Shown here: positions 1 to 7,168 of the stretch, one piece after another
Position numbering within the stretch: position 1 is the stretch's first letter
How the letters are laid out: each line of letters opens with the position of its first letter
From: Patescibacteria group bacterium
GTDB taxonomy: Bacteria > Patescibacteriota > Minisyncoccia > Phycocordibacterales > SBAW01
Length of the DNA: 25,309 bases
Assembly (NCBI GenBank): GCA_030916835.1
Contig: JAUPWA010000040.1
Span: 1-25,309 of the forward strand
Direction of reading: 5' to 3'
The notes under the pieces: model-generated
The model's database searches: none
What the model was told of the DNA's origin: nothing
Seen by the model: only the letters and a program-made list of their open reading frames with translations
Made by a program: the position numbers and the translations under genes

Positions 1-4
1 AAAG

Positions 5-565
5 ATGCTTATTGGAGCGGTTGCTGTGTTGGTGGTGGGTGTTGTGGGTGCATATCTGTATTTTGGGCGCATGCAAACTAAACCAGAGCCGCTTGACCCG
101 ACTCCTCGGCAGGTAACACTGTCTGGTACCTATGAATGTTTGCCACATCTCGATACTTCGGGCCCGCAAACTACCGAATGCGCTTTTGGGCTTGTGACCG
201 ATGAGGGCGAGCACTATGCGGTTAATTTTGGCCAGTCAGCAACCGCCATGGAGCAATTTCAGGCAGGAGCGCATATCCGCGCCGAAGGTTTTGTGGTCAT
301 AAAAGAGGCGCTCAGCACTGACCAGTGGCAAAAGTACAACATGAAAGGAATTTTTACGGTGACCAACATGCTCGAACCTGCTCCTACTAGTGGTGCGTCT
401 GCAAAAATAAATATTGCAGCGGTGTGCGAGGGCGCTCTCTCGTATATGACATTTCCGAGCGGTGCTGCTGCAGATACGTTTGTTGCTGAATGCAAAGAGG
501 GTAAACACCCTGAGGTTATAGAGCGCTACAAAGCACAGCTAGGGCACGATGGTGCGGCGATATAA
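5..565 (+). CDS. Hypothetical membrane-anchored/secreted protein with two Cys-containing extracellular modules (possibly 5'-partial)
   Basis: 186-aa ORF with an N-terminal hydrophobic helix (LIGAVAVLVVGVVGAYLYF), then G-T-Y-E-C-L-P-H...T-T-E-C and a C-terminal AVCEGAL...FVAECKEGKHPEVIERY module. The frame is open to the window edge, so the true start may be upstream. Confidence 0.7.
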   Translation: MLIGAVAVLVVGVVGAYLYFGRMQTKPEPLDPTPRQVTLSGTYECLPHLDTSGPQTTECAFGLVTDEGEHYAVNFGQSATAMEQFQAGAHIRAEGFVVIKEALSTDQWQKYNMKGIFTVTNMLEPAPTSGASAKINIAAVCEGALSYMTFPSGAAADTFVAECKEGKHPEVIERYKAQLGHDGAAI

Positions 566-577
566 AACAACACCAGG

Positions 578-2572
578 CTAGTGTCCAAAGAGATTCGTTA
601 CATAGTGCCATAGTGCACCAAGGGTGTGTGCGATTGAGCTGCCTATTGATGCGCGCGTTGTGATTACTGCTGCAGCTTGTGTTTGCGGTGCTACTTCTTG
701 TGTTGCTTGAGGTTCAGGTGAACTTTTTTTAGCGTGCACGATGCGAAGTGGGGGAACGGTGGTGGTTGGCGTGCTGGTCGCTTTTTGTAGCATTGTGGTC
801 AAAGTTGAAGTGCTGATGGGTGCCACTTCAGCCAACAGGAGAATTTGAGGCGGTGTTGATGTTGCTTCAAGGGTAGAGGTTGCTGCGAGGGTGGTTGATG
901 CAAAGGGTGCGCCCCCACCGCCCTGCGCGCCACTCATGCTTGTTGGTTTTTGAAAATGGTGTAATTGAATCCACGAAGTGCCTTGTAGTACTGGCAGTGC
1001 ATACGCGGTAGCCCAGATGCGGTTATCCTCAGTGTCAGACAGCTCCCCAAAGCCGCCATCACTTTGCTGCATAGAGAGTAGACAGCTAGAGGCTGTTTTG
1101 CCAAGAGCTATTTGTGCCATAGCTACCCAGCTGGTGCTAAATACATTACCCGCACAACCTGCGGCATCTGTGTGTGCATCAAGGAATTCAGCAGCCTTCT
1201 TGAGAGCGCTAGAAACAGCATCGATTGAGGTGAGTGGCGTGAGGGCTTGGATTGCCGCTGCAGTTAAGTCGACACTGTCCCACGAGCCGTTTGCTTCTTG
1301 CTTTGAAAGAATATACACAACGTCTTGCTGTATGAGTGGATCACTCGCACTATACCCGGCATGGGTGAGCGCTATGAGGGCGAAGATATCATCGTTCACT
1401 TCCTGTGCATCGCCAAATTGCGTACCGTCAAAACTTGCAACAATGGGTGCAATGAGCCCATAGGAGTGTGGGTCAATGGAGAGGGCCTCGAGCGCCATGG
1501 CGTGTCGTTGTGTGTCGGTGAGGCTTCGGGGAGTGAGCTGTTTTTCATACGCGACCAGCTGCTCTATTAAGGGCTCGTTTTGGTATGGTGCTAGCGCTAT
1601 GGCCGCCCAGTCGGTGATCATATCTGAGCCGACGCGGCCGTCCTGTAGGTGGGAAAGTAAAAATGCTTTGGCGCCCGCTACCGCCTCAGTGTTTGTGTGT
1701 GGGGGCTGTGCATACTGTGCGGGCGATGGGCCGCCGCCCGATGAGGCGCCTCCTGTCGAGGTGTTTTCTGTAGGCAGTGTGGGGGTAAGGGTGAGGTGGT
1801 TGGATGGTAAAAACCCATCTTTAGTCGCATACAGGTCAGTTGATACTAAGGGTGCGGTAAAAACAGCATCGCCCTGTGCATCTGCAGCAACGAGCTCATT
1901 GCCAAGATGGAGTGTACTTGAAGCTGCTGGCAACCACGCCGCTTCGTAGTTAGCGTCGTAGGCAAAGTGGGTGATGTGTGCGGTGGTGGTGGCGCCCGCA
2001 TACGGCGTGGCTGAGTCCATGGTTATGCGCAACGGGAACACCCCGAGCGTGACAAGGAGCGTCTCTCCATTGTGTACTTCGTGCTTATTGAGCGCTGTTG
2101 CACCCAGAGCGTGGTTGCTCAACCAGGCCCAATAGGTGTTTGTTGCATAGTCGTTCGCAACCCCGCCAGCGGAGTCAAGAAATGCGTCATCGCCATACCA
2201 CGCCCAGGTGGGTAGGAGTCCTGATTGTTCGAGCGCACAGTAACCGCTCACCGTACTTGTGCCGCTCGTAGGGGAAATCGGACATGCAGTAACTGTAAGG
2301 GATTGATTAAAAAGTGTCGTTGAAGCAGTTTCGACATCGAGGGTGATGGTAACCGGTTCAGGTACCACGCTAGTGTCGGTTGCTATGACACTAGAAGTTG
2401 TGGAAGCTTGCGCCTCAGTGGTGGTCGCGTCTGTGGTGCTTGCTATCGCGGTGTCTACCTGTGTTGGTGCTGTTACTTCGGTAGATGTGGCAGCAGTGCT
2501 GTCGGTCTCTTGAGTCGAGCTTGTGTCATCCGCGTGCGCATGCGGCGCGCACATGAGTGCGAGCCCGCACAT
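578..2572 (-). CDS. Large secreted surface protein: Ser/Thr-rich linker + DUF4430 (transcobalamin beta-like) domain + prenyltransferase/squalene-cyclase-like alpha/alpha repeat domain; putative cobalamin-binding protein
   Basis: Within ORF 578..2800. Signal-peptidase-like site AHA|DD. DUF4430-like segment FLDSAGGVAND...TYWAWLSN...GETLLV. Repeats of the type YILSKQEANGSW, TAAAIQAL, SMQQSDGGF, TAYALPVL. C-terminal T-rich stalk and amphipathic tail. Start uncertain (ATG 2572, TTG 2587 or ATG 2653). Confidence 0.7.
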   Translation of the reverse strand: MCGLALMCAPHAHADDTSSTQETDSTAATSTEVTAPTQVDTAIASTTDATTTEAQASTTSSVIATDTSVVPEPVTITLDVETASTTLFNQSLTVTACPISPTSGTSTVSGYCALEQSGLLPTWAWYGDDAFLDSAGGVANDYATNTYWAWLSNHALGATALNKHEVHNGETLLVTLGVFPLRITMDSATPYAGATTTAHITHFAYDANYEAAWLPAASSTLHLGNELVAADAQGDAVFTAPLVSTDLYATKDGFLPSNHLTLTPTLPTENTSTGGASSGGGPSPAQYAQPPHTNTEAVAGAKAFLLSHLQDGRVGSDMITDWAAIALAPYQNEPLIEQLVAYEKQLTPRSLTDTQRHAMALEALSIDPHSYGLIAPIVASFDGTQFGDAQEVNDDIFALIALTHAGYSASDPLIQQDVVYILSKQEANGSWDSVDLTAAAIQALTPLTSIDAVSSALKKAAEFLDAHTDAAGCAGNVFSTSWVAMAQIALGKTASSCLLSMQQSDGGFGELSDTEDNRIWATAYALPVLQGTSWIQLHHFQKPTSMSGAQGGGGAPFASTTLAATSTLEATSTPPQILLLAEVAPISTSTLTTMLQKATSTPTTTVPPLRIVHAKKSSPEPQATQEVAPQTQAAAVITTRASIGSSIAHTLGALWHYVTNLFGH

Positions 2573-3044
2573 AATCAAAAGCGCCAAAAAGAAGTGCGGT
2601 GTAGAGTATGTCGCCCGCGAGCATCGAGAGAAAGAAAGGAAAACCGAGCCCATAACAGTAGAGGAGTCCTGCGAGTGTTTTTGCATACCAAGGTGAAAAC
2701 AGCCAGACGGCAAAGTTAGTGATAAGAAAGAAACCAAAAGACGATCCGCACACAACACCGCCCATCCCCCACACACGAACAAAGCGCATAGAGTACCCAA
2801 CCATGCCTATAAGTGCAAACGATACATACACCGAGGTGAGTATGCGCCAGTCATAGAATCCAATAACTGCATCCACGATGAGCATGGCTGAGAGGGGGAT
2901 AACAACTGCCCATATGCGGCCAAGGTCGCGCCCTGCGCGCAGTGCCACCGCGCTCATGGGTGTTGAGTTTGGGATATGGGGCAGTAGGCGACCAAGGAGG
3001 CCAAAACCAATAAGTCCCAAGATGGTGAGTAGTTTGTTGCGCAT
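2526..3044 (-). CDS. DUF6580-family putative transport protein (ECF S-component-like multi-pass membrane protein)
   Basis: About 5-6 hydrophobic helices; family-like motifs RLLPHIPNSTP, FFLITNFAVW...WY..T..GL..CY..G.PF and GDILYT..LFG. ATG at 3044 lies 2 nt after the upstream stop. Confidence 0.7.
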   Translation of the reverse strand: MRNKLLTILGLIGFGLLGRLLPHIPNSTPMSAVALRAGRDLGRIWAVVIPLSAMLIVDAVIGFYDWRILTSVYVSFALIGMVGYSMRFVRVWGMGGVVCGSSFGFFLITNFAVWLFSPWYAKTLAGLLYCYGLGFPFFLSMLAGDILYTALLFGAFDYVRARTHVRAACARG

Positions 3045-3046
3045 AT

Positions 3047-3528
3047 CTAGAATGTCGATGGCGCAAAGATCCACTCAACCGTATCGCTAGGTTGTAGTGT
3101 GTATGAAGCGGCCCCCACCTGAGGTATAACGCCGTTTACTTTGTATTGCCAGTACTTATGTTCAACGCCATTTTTGAGTCCATGCATACTCACCACTAAT
3201 GTGCCGAGTCCCGCGTACTCTTTGGTGGTGAGTTGGAGTGCTGTGTCGCTCATGGTAAGGGTTTTGAGTACTGACAGTGCAGTGTCACCTGCCGTAATGG
3301 CTACCTGTTTTTGCGCATAGAGCCCCATGATGGTAAGCGAAATAGTTTGCTGTTTGGTGGCGCTCGGTGACTCTGTGGAGGTGGTCGAGATGGCTGTTTC
3401 TTCGTGATGCGCGAGCGTGGGAGCGTAGACTTTGTGCGTTTTGGGGGCACTATAGGCAACAAGCCCGAGGCATACTGTAGCACAGCTGCGCAAGTGAGAA
3501 GAGCGCCCAATTTTTTTTGTGTAGTCAT
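3047..3528 (-). CDS. DUF4430 domain-containing membrane-anchored protein (putative B12-binding), with an apparent 1-nt frameshift near 3478
   Basis: C-terminal T-A-L-S-V-L...Y-A-G-L-G-T-L-V-V-S-M-H-G-L-K-N...K-Y-W-Q-Y-K-V-N-G...V-G-A..Y..Q-P-S-D-T-V-E-W is typical of DUF4430. ATG 3528 (MTTQKKLGALLTCAAVL) is in a different frame from the domain ORF 3047..3493, and one extra base at 3478/3479 would fuse them. Confidence 0.75.
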
Positions 3529-3552
3529 AGCAGTAGGGGGTGTTGCAGAAGA

Positions 3553-4089
3553 TTAATAGGTTGGCGCGGACTCCTGCTTGCCGGCGCTGGCGGCAGTATA
3601 CCGCGCAAGTGCGTAGAGTAAACTAGACAGACGATTAAGATATGCGTATGTCGGGTCAGTAAGTGCTTGCATGCTGCGCGCATGTATCACCGCACGCTCT
3701 GCGCGCCGTGCAAGCGCGCGTGCAAAGTCAAATTGTGCGCTGCGCACTGTTGCTCCAGAGATAAGGAAGGAGGTGGGAGGCTGTACGGTGCGCATGAGTG
3801 CCTCGATGCGTTCCTCAGCCCAGGTCACCTCTTCATGCGAAAGTGATTTTGGTGAGCCAGCAAGCGCTGCTTGCACTATGAAGAGATGTTCTTGCACACC
3901 GCGCACCATAGCAGAGGCCTCTGCATCGGTAGGCTCCTCCTGACACTGTGCGTAGCACAAGCCTAAGAATGAATTGAGTTCATCGAGTGTACCGAGCGCA
4001 TCATACAAGGCGCTATCTTTTGGGAAACGCTCTTTAGTACCAAAGAGCCCGGACTCTCCGGAGTCGCCTTTGCGGGTGTATATACTCAT
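3553..4089 (-). CDS. pduO: ATP:cob(I)alamin adenosyltransferase, PduO type
   Basis: Hallmark motifs IYTRKGDSG.SGL, LGTLDELNS.LG, R.LARRAER, YLNRLSSLLY.LAR. Confidence 0.93.
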   Translation of the reverse strand: MSIYTRKGDSGESGLFGTKERFPKDSALYDALGTLDELNSFLGLCYAQCQEEPTDAEASAMVRGVQEHLFIVQAALAGSPKSLSHEEVTWAEERIEALMRTVQPPTSFLISGATVRSAQFDFARALARRAERAVIHARSMQALTDPTYAYLNRLSSLLYALARYTAASAGKQESAPTY

Positions 4090-4095
4090 ATATAC

Positions 4096-6423
4096 CTAGG
4101 CGGAGGTTGTTGTTTCAGTGGGTACTACCATGTCGACATCACACACACCACCCACGCACGCGAGCTCTTTCTTTTGCTCCGTCTCGTCGGTACGTTCATA
4201 CATAATCAGTTTTGAGTAGTCGATAGTGGGGAAGTTAGCTACCAGCTCATCATATCGTTTTTTGTCTATCGTTTCGTACGGAGCCAAGCGATAGATGTGG
4301 TCAAAACGCGGCAAGAAGGAAAGGCCGCCAATAATGTCCCAGTTTTTTTGCACCCAATCGACAACACCTATCCACTCATCTTCACCAACCGAAATGGTCG
4401 CTGAAGGATTATGCTCCGTAAAGTTGAGCTTGATCATCTTCCAGTATTCGAGCTGCTCGAGTGCGCTAAAGTCGTCTTTAAACTTTGCACTATCCGGTGA
4501 CTCGACAGGAAACTCCAGCACATAGGTTGTGGCGTTTTCAGTGTTTTGACCAACCTCAGGATAGTAGGGTACGCCCTGGTCCTTGAGCATCTTAAAGAGT
4601 GAGTCAGTGGCAGAGATACGTACGCGGCGAATATAGTATTTTGCATGGCGTGGATGAATACCCGAGGAGCAGTTGAAGGTTTGCGAGACAGTGCCGGAGG
4701 GCTTAACTGCGGTCACCGACATGGCAGGAGCGATACCAAAGCGCTTCGCATAATTTTCGTTTGCTTTGACAACTAGGTCACGCATAGCACGCAAAGTCTC
4801 AGGGTCTCGCGCCGCCGCGCTGTCCCATTGGCCGGTCACGGAGACACCAAGGAGCGCTTCTTGCCTGCAGTGCTCGGCCCACTCAGGACTAATATAGTTA
4901 AACTTTGTGAGAGACGCTTGGTAGGTACCCAAGAGTGCTGCAAGACGCGCCTTTCGTAAAAGCGTTTCAAAGGTGTCGTGTGAGCGTGCGATAACTTCGG
5001 ATAAATTGCAGAACTGTTTGGACTGCAAAATGATCTCGCCACACGGGTTAGTGCCGATGGGACCATGTACCACCCTGTCACCATTGAGAAACCCTTGCTG
5101 CTTAAAATTTTCAAGACGACGTGTTGGTAGTGTGTTAGATAGTGACCCGCGATTGAAGATACCGCGCTCACCCGACTGGCTCTTCATGAGTGCGACCCAC
5201 TCCTCCATATGTTCAGTGTTCGTGGGGCGGCTTTCATAGACAGCAGAGTTGTTTGCAACCATGCGATAGGGCTCAGAGAGGTAAAACTGACCCTTCTTTG
5301 CATCACGTAACTCAATGTCATCAAGGTCGGAGAGGCTGATCATTGCGGTGCGGCGTACTCCGCCTGCAACGACGCACTCACCAATTTTGCAGATGATGTC
5401 ATGCACATCAATAGGGCGCAAGCGCCGGCCTTGGCGACGTAAAATCTTTTCGCGTGCAAACTCCAAGAGTGAGCGTAGTGGCTCGGGGCCTGAAGCTTTG
5501 CCACCCATGACCTTTAGCCGTGTGCCGGCAGGTCGCACGCTCGAGAAATCAAAATCAACATCTTTGCCGCTATACCACGTTTGCAAACCCAAAGTAAGCG
5601 CGTCACACCAACCCTCTTTAGAGTCGGCGACCATATGTGTCGGCAACTTCTTTTTTGATTGTTTTTGAATTTGAGGGAGCTGCTCGACGTTTTGGCTCTC
5701 AACCGCAAAACCGACACCGCAGCCTTGCATCGAAAGATACATAATTTCGGCAAAGTCGGTGAGTTTAGTGGGGGCTATGAAGGTGCAATTGTACGCACAG
5801 GTATTGCAGCGGCGTGCTGCTTCGCCTGCAAATTGCATGAGGCGCATCGATGGCATCACCTCTTGGCGCAAAATAGCATCACGTACTTCGTTATACTCCG
5901 CATCGCTCAGTTTCTCACCCAAGTTTTCACGCATGAATGCGATATAGCGGTCGACCGTCTCGATCCATGTCTCGCGGCGATTTTCAGACTCTATCCAGCG
6001 TGCATACGTGCGCAGGTAGACAAACTCACCCAACGGATTACCACCGAAATATTGTTTGCTGGCGGTCGCCAATGCGCGTAGGCGCTCAGGCACCTCACCT
6101 TGCACGTAGCGCATCTTTGAGCGCTCGGCGCGGTAGAGGATGTATGCCTTGGCGGTAGCGGGGAAGTCGTGTGCCATGAGTTCGCGCTCTACCTCGTCTT
6201 GCACGCCTTCAACCGTTGGTGTGAATGATGGGTTTTCGGTAAGCGATTCTTCAAGATGTGTCGTCACCGCATGCGCCACCTGCTCAGGAGCTCCCTCAGT
6301 AAACTCCCCCGCAGCCTTCATTGCTTTGCCAACAGCAACAGCGATTTTAGTGCTATTAAAAGGTACCCGTGCACCATCGCGTTTCAAAATGGCTTGCAAT
6401 GCGGGTTGCTGTTTTAGCTGCAT
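4096..6423 (-). CDS. nrdJ: Class II (adenosylcobalamin-dependent) ribonucleotide reductase, RTPR-like, with N-terminal ATP-cone
   Basis: ATP-cone (KRDG.RVPF...KI...AKAYILYR); motifs YNCTF, GGVRRTAMI, TNPCGEI (thiyl-radical Cys), FCNLSE, VKPSGTVS and C-terminal ACVGGVC redox pair. Adjacent pduO and no class I beta or class III activase gene nearby. Confidence 0.92.
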   Translation of the reverse strand: MQLKQQPALQAILKRDGARVPFNSTKIAVAVGKAMKAAGEFTEGAPEQVAHAVTTHLEESLTENPSFTPTVEGVQDEVERELMAHDFPATAKAYILYRAERSKMRYVQGEVPERLRALATASKQYFGGNPLGEFVYLRTYARWIESENRRETWIETVDRYIAFMRENLGEKLSDAEYNEVRDAILRQEVMPSMRLMQFAGEAARRCNTCAYNCTFIAPTKLTDFAEIMYLSMQGCGVGFAVESQNVEQLPQIQKQSKKKLPTHMVADSKEGWCDALTLGLQTWYSGKDVDFDFSSVRPAGTRLKVMGGKASGPEPLRSLLEFAREKILRRQGRRLRPIDVHDIICKIGECVVAGGVRRTAMISLSDLDDIELRDAKKGQFYLSEPYRMVANNSAVYESRPTNTEHMEEWVALMKSQSGERGIFNRGSLSNTLPTRRLENFKQQGFLNGDRVVHGPIGTNPCGEIILQSKQFCNLSEVIARSHDTFETLLRKARLAALLGTYQASLTKFNYISPEWAEHCRQEALLGVSVTGQWDSAAARDPETLRAMRDLVVKANENYAKRFGIAPAMSVTAVKPSGTVSQTFNCSSGIHPRHAKYYIRRVRISATDSLFKMLKDQGVPYYPEVGQNTENATTYVLEFPVESPDSAKFKDDFSALEQLEYWKMIKLNFTEHNPSATISVGEDEWIGVVDWVQKNWDIIGGLSFLPRFDHIYRLAPYETIDKKRYDELVANFPTIDYSKLIMYERTDETEQKKELACVGGVCDVDMVVPTETTTSA

Positions 6424-6439
6424 ATATAAACTGTGTTAC

Positions 6440-6482
6440 ATTGATAAATGTCTACTTATGATACTCATAGACAAGTATCTAT
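6440..6482. promoter_or_regulatory. Two 16-bp pseudo-palindromic boxes in the nrdJ/arsR divergent intergenic region (candidate ArsR operator)
   Basis: ATTGATAAATGTCTAC (6440-6455) and ATAGACAAGTATCTAT (6467-6482) match at 11/16 as direct and 12/16 as inverted repeats. Box 2 has perfect ATAGA/TCTAT arms and overlaps the arsR ATG. Confidence 0.55.
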
Positions 6483-6852
6483 GAATCCGCAGCCACGAAA
6501 AAAGATGGGGATAAGGACCCCGAGAACAAAAAAAGAGCATGGTAAAGAGTTGACGCACGCTCGCCCCAGTTGGGTAGCGAGCGGCGAGGAGGAGCTCTGC
6601 CCCGAGTGTTTTAAGGTGGTCGGGGATCGCACACGATACAAGGTTGTGTGTATGCTTGGTAAAGAGCCGACAGGGCTTAATGTAAAGCAACTTACTGAAA
6701 AGCTACAGCTTAAACAGCCGACCGTGACCCACCATCTTAATATTCTACGATCAGTTAATGCGGTCGCCTCTGCGGACCTGGGGCGCCAGCGTGTGTATAC
6801 GCTCAATCGGGATGCTCACTGTTTTGAGGACTGCAAGATCCCGTACGCCTAA
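6481..6852 (+). CDS. ArsR/SmtB-family winged-helix transcriptional regulator, Cys-rich
   Basis: F..VGDRTRYKVV.ML.....LNV.QL...L.LKQPTVTHHL.IL.....V.....G..RVY.LN. Has CPEC before helix 1 and HCFEDC at the C-terminus. Start may be ATG 6481 or 6505. Confidence 0.85.
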   Translation: MNPQPRKKMGIRTPRTKKEHGKELTHARPSWVASGEEELCPECFKVVGDRTRYKVVCMLGKEPTGLNVKQLTEKLQLKQPTVTHHLNILRSVNAVASADLGRQRVYTLNRDAHCFEDCKIPYA

Positions 6853-6854
6853 AG

Positions 6855-6883
6855 TTGCAAAAAATAGAAAGGTGTGTTATTAC
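6855..6883 (+). promoter_or_regulatory. Candidate sigma70-type promoter for the structured RNA
   Basis: TTGCAA (6855-6860), 17-nt spacer, TATTAC (6878-6883) preceded by TG. The last base of the -10 box deviates from consensus. Confidence 0.4.
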
Positions 6884-6902
6884 AGAATTAGGTATGAGAG
6901 TT

Positions 6903-7140
6903 CACTTTGGGGTGTGCTGCAAATCGCCGTAAGGCGTTTGAACCCCAGAGTGAGGCCCGGAGTCTGGAGTACCCCCCACTCCAGCTCCGGGTTTTGCCTC
7001 AGGTGTCGGTGCGCCTTTCGTAGTGAGGTGTTTTGTAGGCTTTGCAGCAGTTTTACAAGATTCCTCTGTCTACGGCCCCCTGACTGGTTTACTGCCGGCG
7101 CATGCGCCGCGTAAACACTAACAGTCAGGGGTTTCTTTTT
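6903..7140 (+). ncRNA. Unassigned highly structured RNA (five consecutive hairpins, ending in a hairpin + U-tract)
   Basis: Hand-folded stems: 6903-6952, 6952-7000, 7001-7016, 7019-7074, 7077-7131. At least six G.U pairs and a GUAA tetraloop favour the + strand. No convincing ORF in the interval. Confidence 0.6.
7077..7140 (+). terminator. Intrinsic terminator-like long hairpin with U-rich tail
   Basis: CCCCTGACTG (7077-7086) pairs perfectly with CAGTCAGGGG (7122-7131); inner GTTTAC/GTAAAC and CGGCG/CGCCG stems; followed by TTTCTTTTT. Confidence 0.55.
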
Positions 7141-7168
7141 GCCAAAAAAACTGAGCTATACTATCTGT

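Noticed and set aside
978-1949. Long antisense ORFs (978..1463, 1476..1949) and similar shadows elsewhere (e.g. 18623..19087, 21333..21872)
   Set aside because: They lie opposite well-supported genes, show no recognisable motifs, and are expected from codon bias.
2573-2800. N-terminal extension of the 740-aa ORF as listed in the ORF track
   Set aside because: It overlaps the conserved core of the DUF6580 gene by up to 275 nt. The far-upstream TTG start is implausible, although ATG 2653 remains possible.
4096-6423. Intein or intron in the ribonucleotide reductase
   Set aside because: Continuous ORF of ordinary length for ATP-cone plus catalytic core; no splice-junction or LAGLIDADG motifs seen.
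6424-6480. NrdR boxes upstream of nrdJ
   Set aside because: No match to the acaCwAtATaTwGtgt-type palindrome; the repeats present have a different consensus.
7019-7090. Cobalamin riboswitch (CGGCCCCCTGACTG resembles the GCCCCCGCnACUGU element, and B12 genes are nearby)
   Set aside because: No AGGGAA element or GGUGnAAnUCC T-loop hairpin. The RNA points away from the B12 operon and is separated from it by arsR.
6903-7140. tmRNA, RNase P RNA, SRP RNA, 6S RNA, glycine or c-di-GMP riboswitch, or group II intron fragment
   Set aside because: No tRNA-like ends, no GAGGAAAGUCC, no SRP helix-8 motif and no single rod with a central bubble. Minus-strand look-alikes (CGAAAGGCGCA, GCAAAGCC) lack their required partners, and G.U pairs favour the + strand. 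Checked only by eye, so cmscan is still needed.
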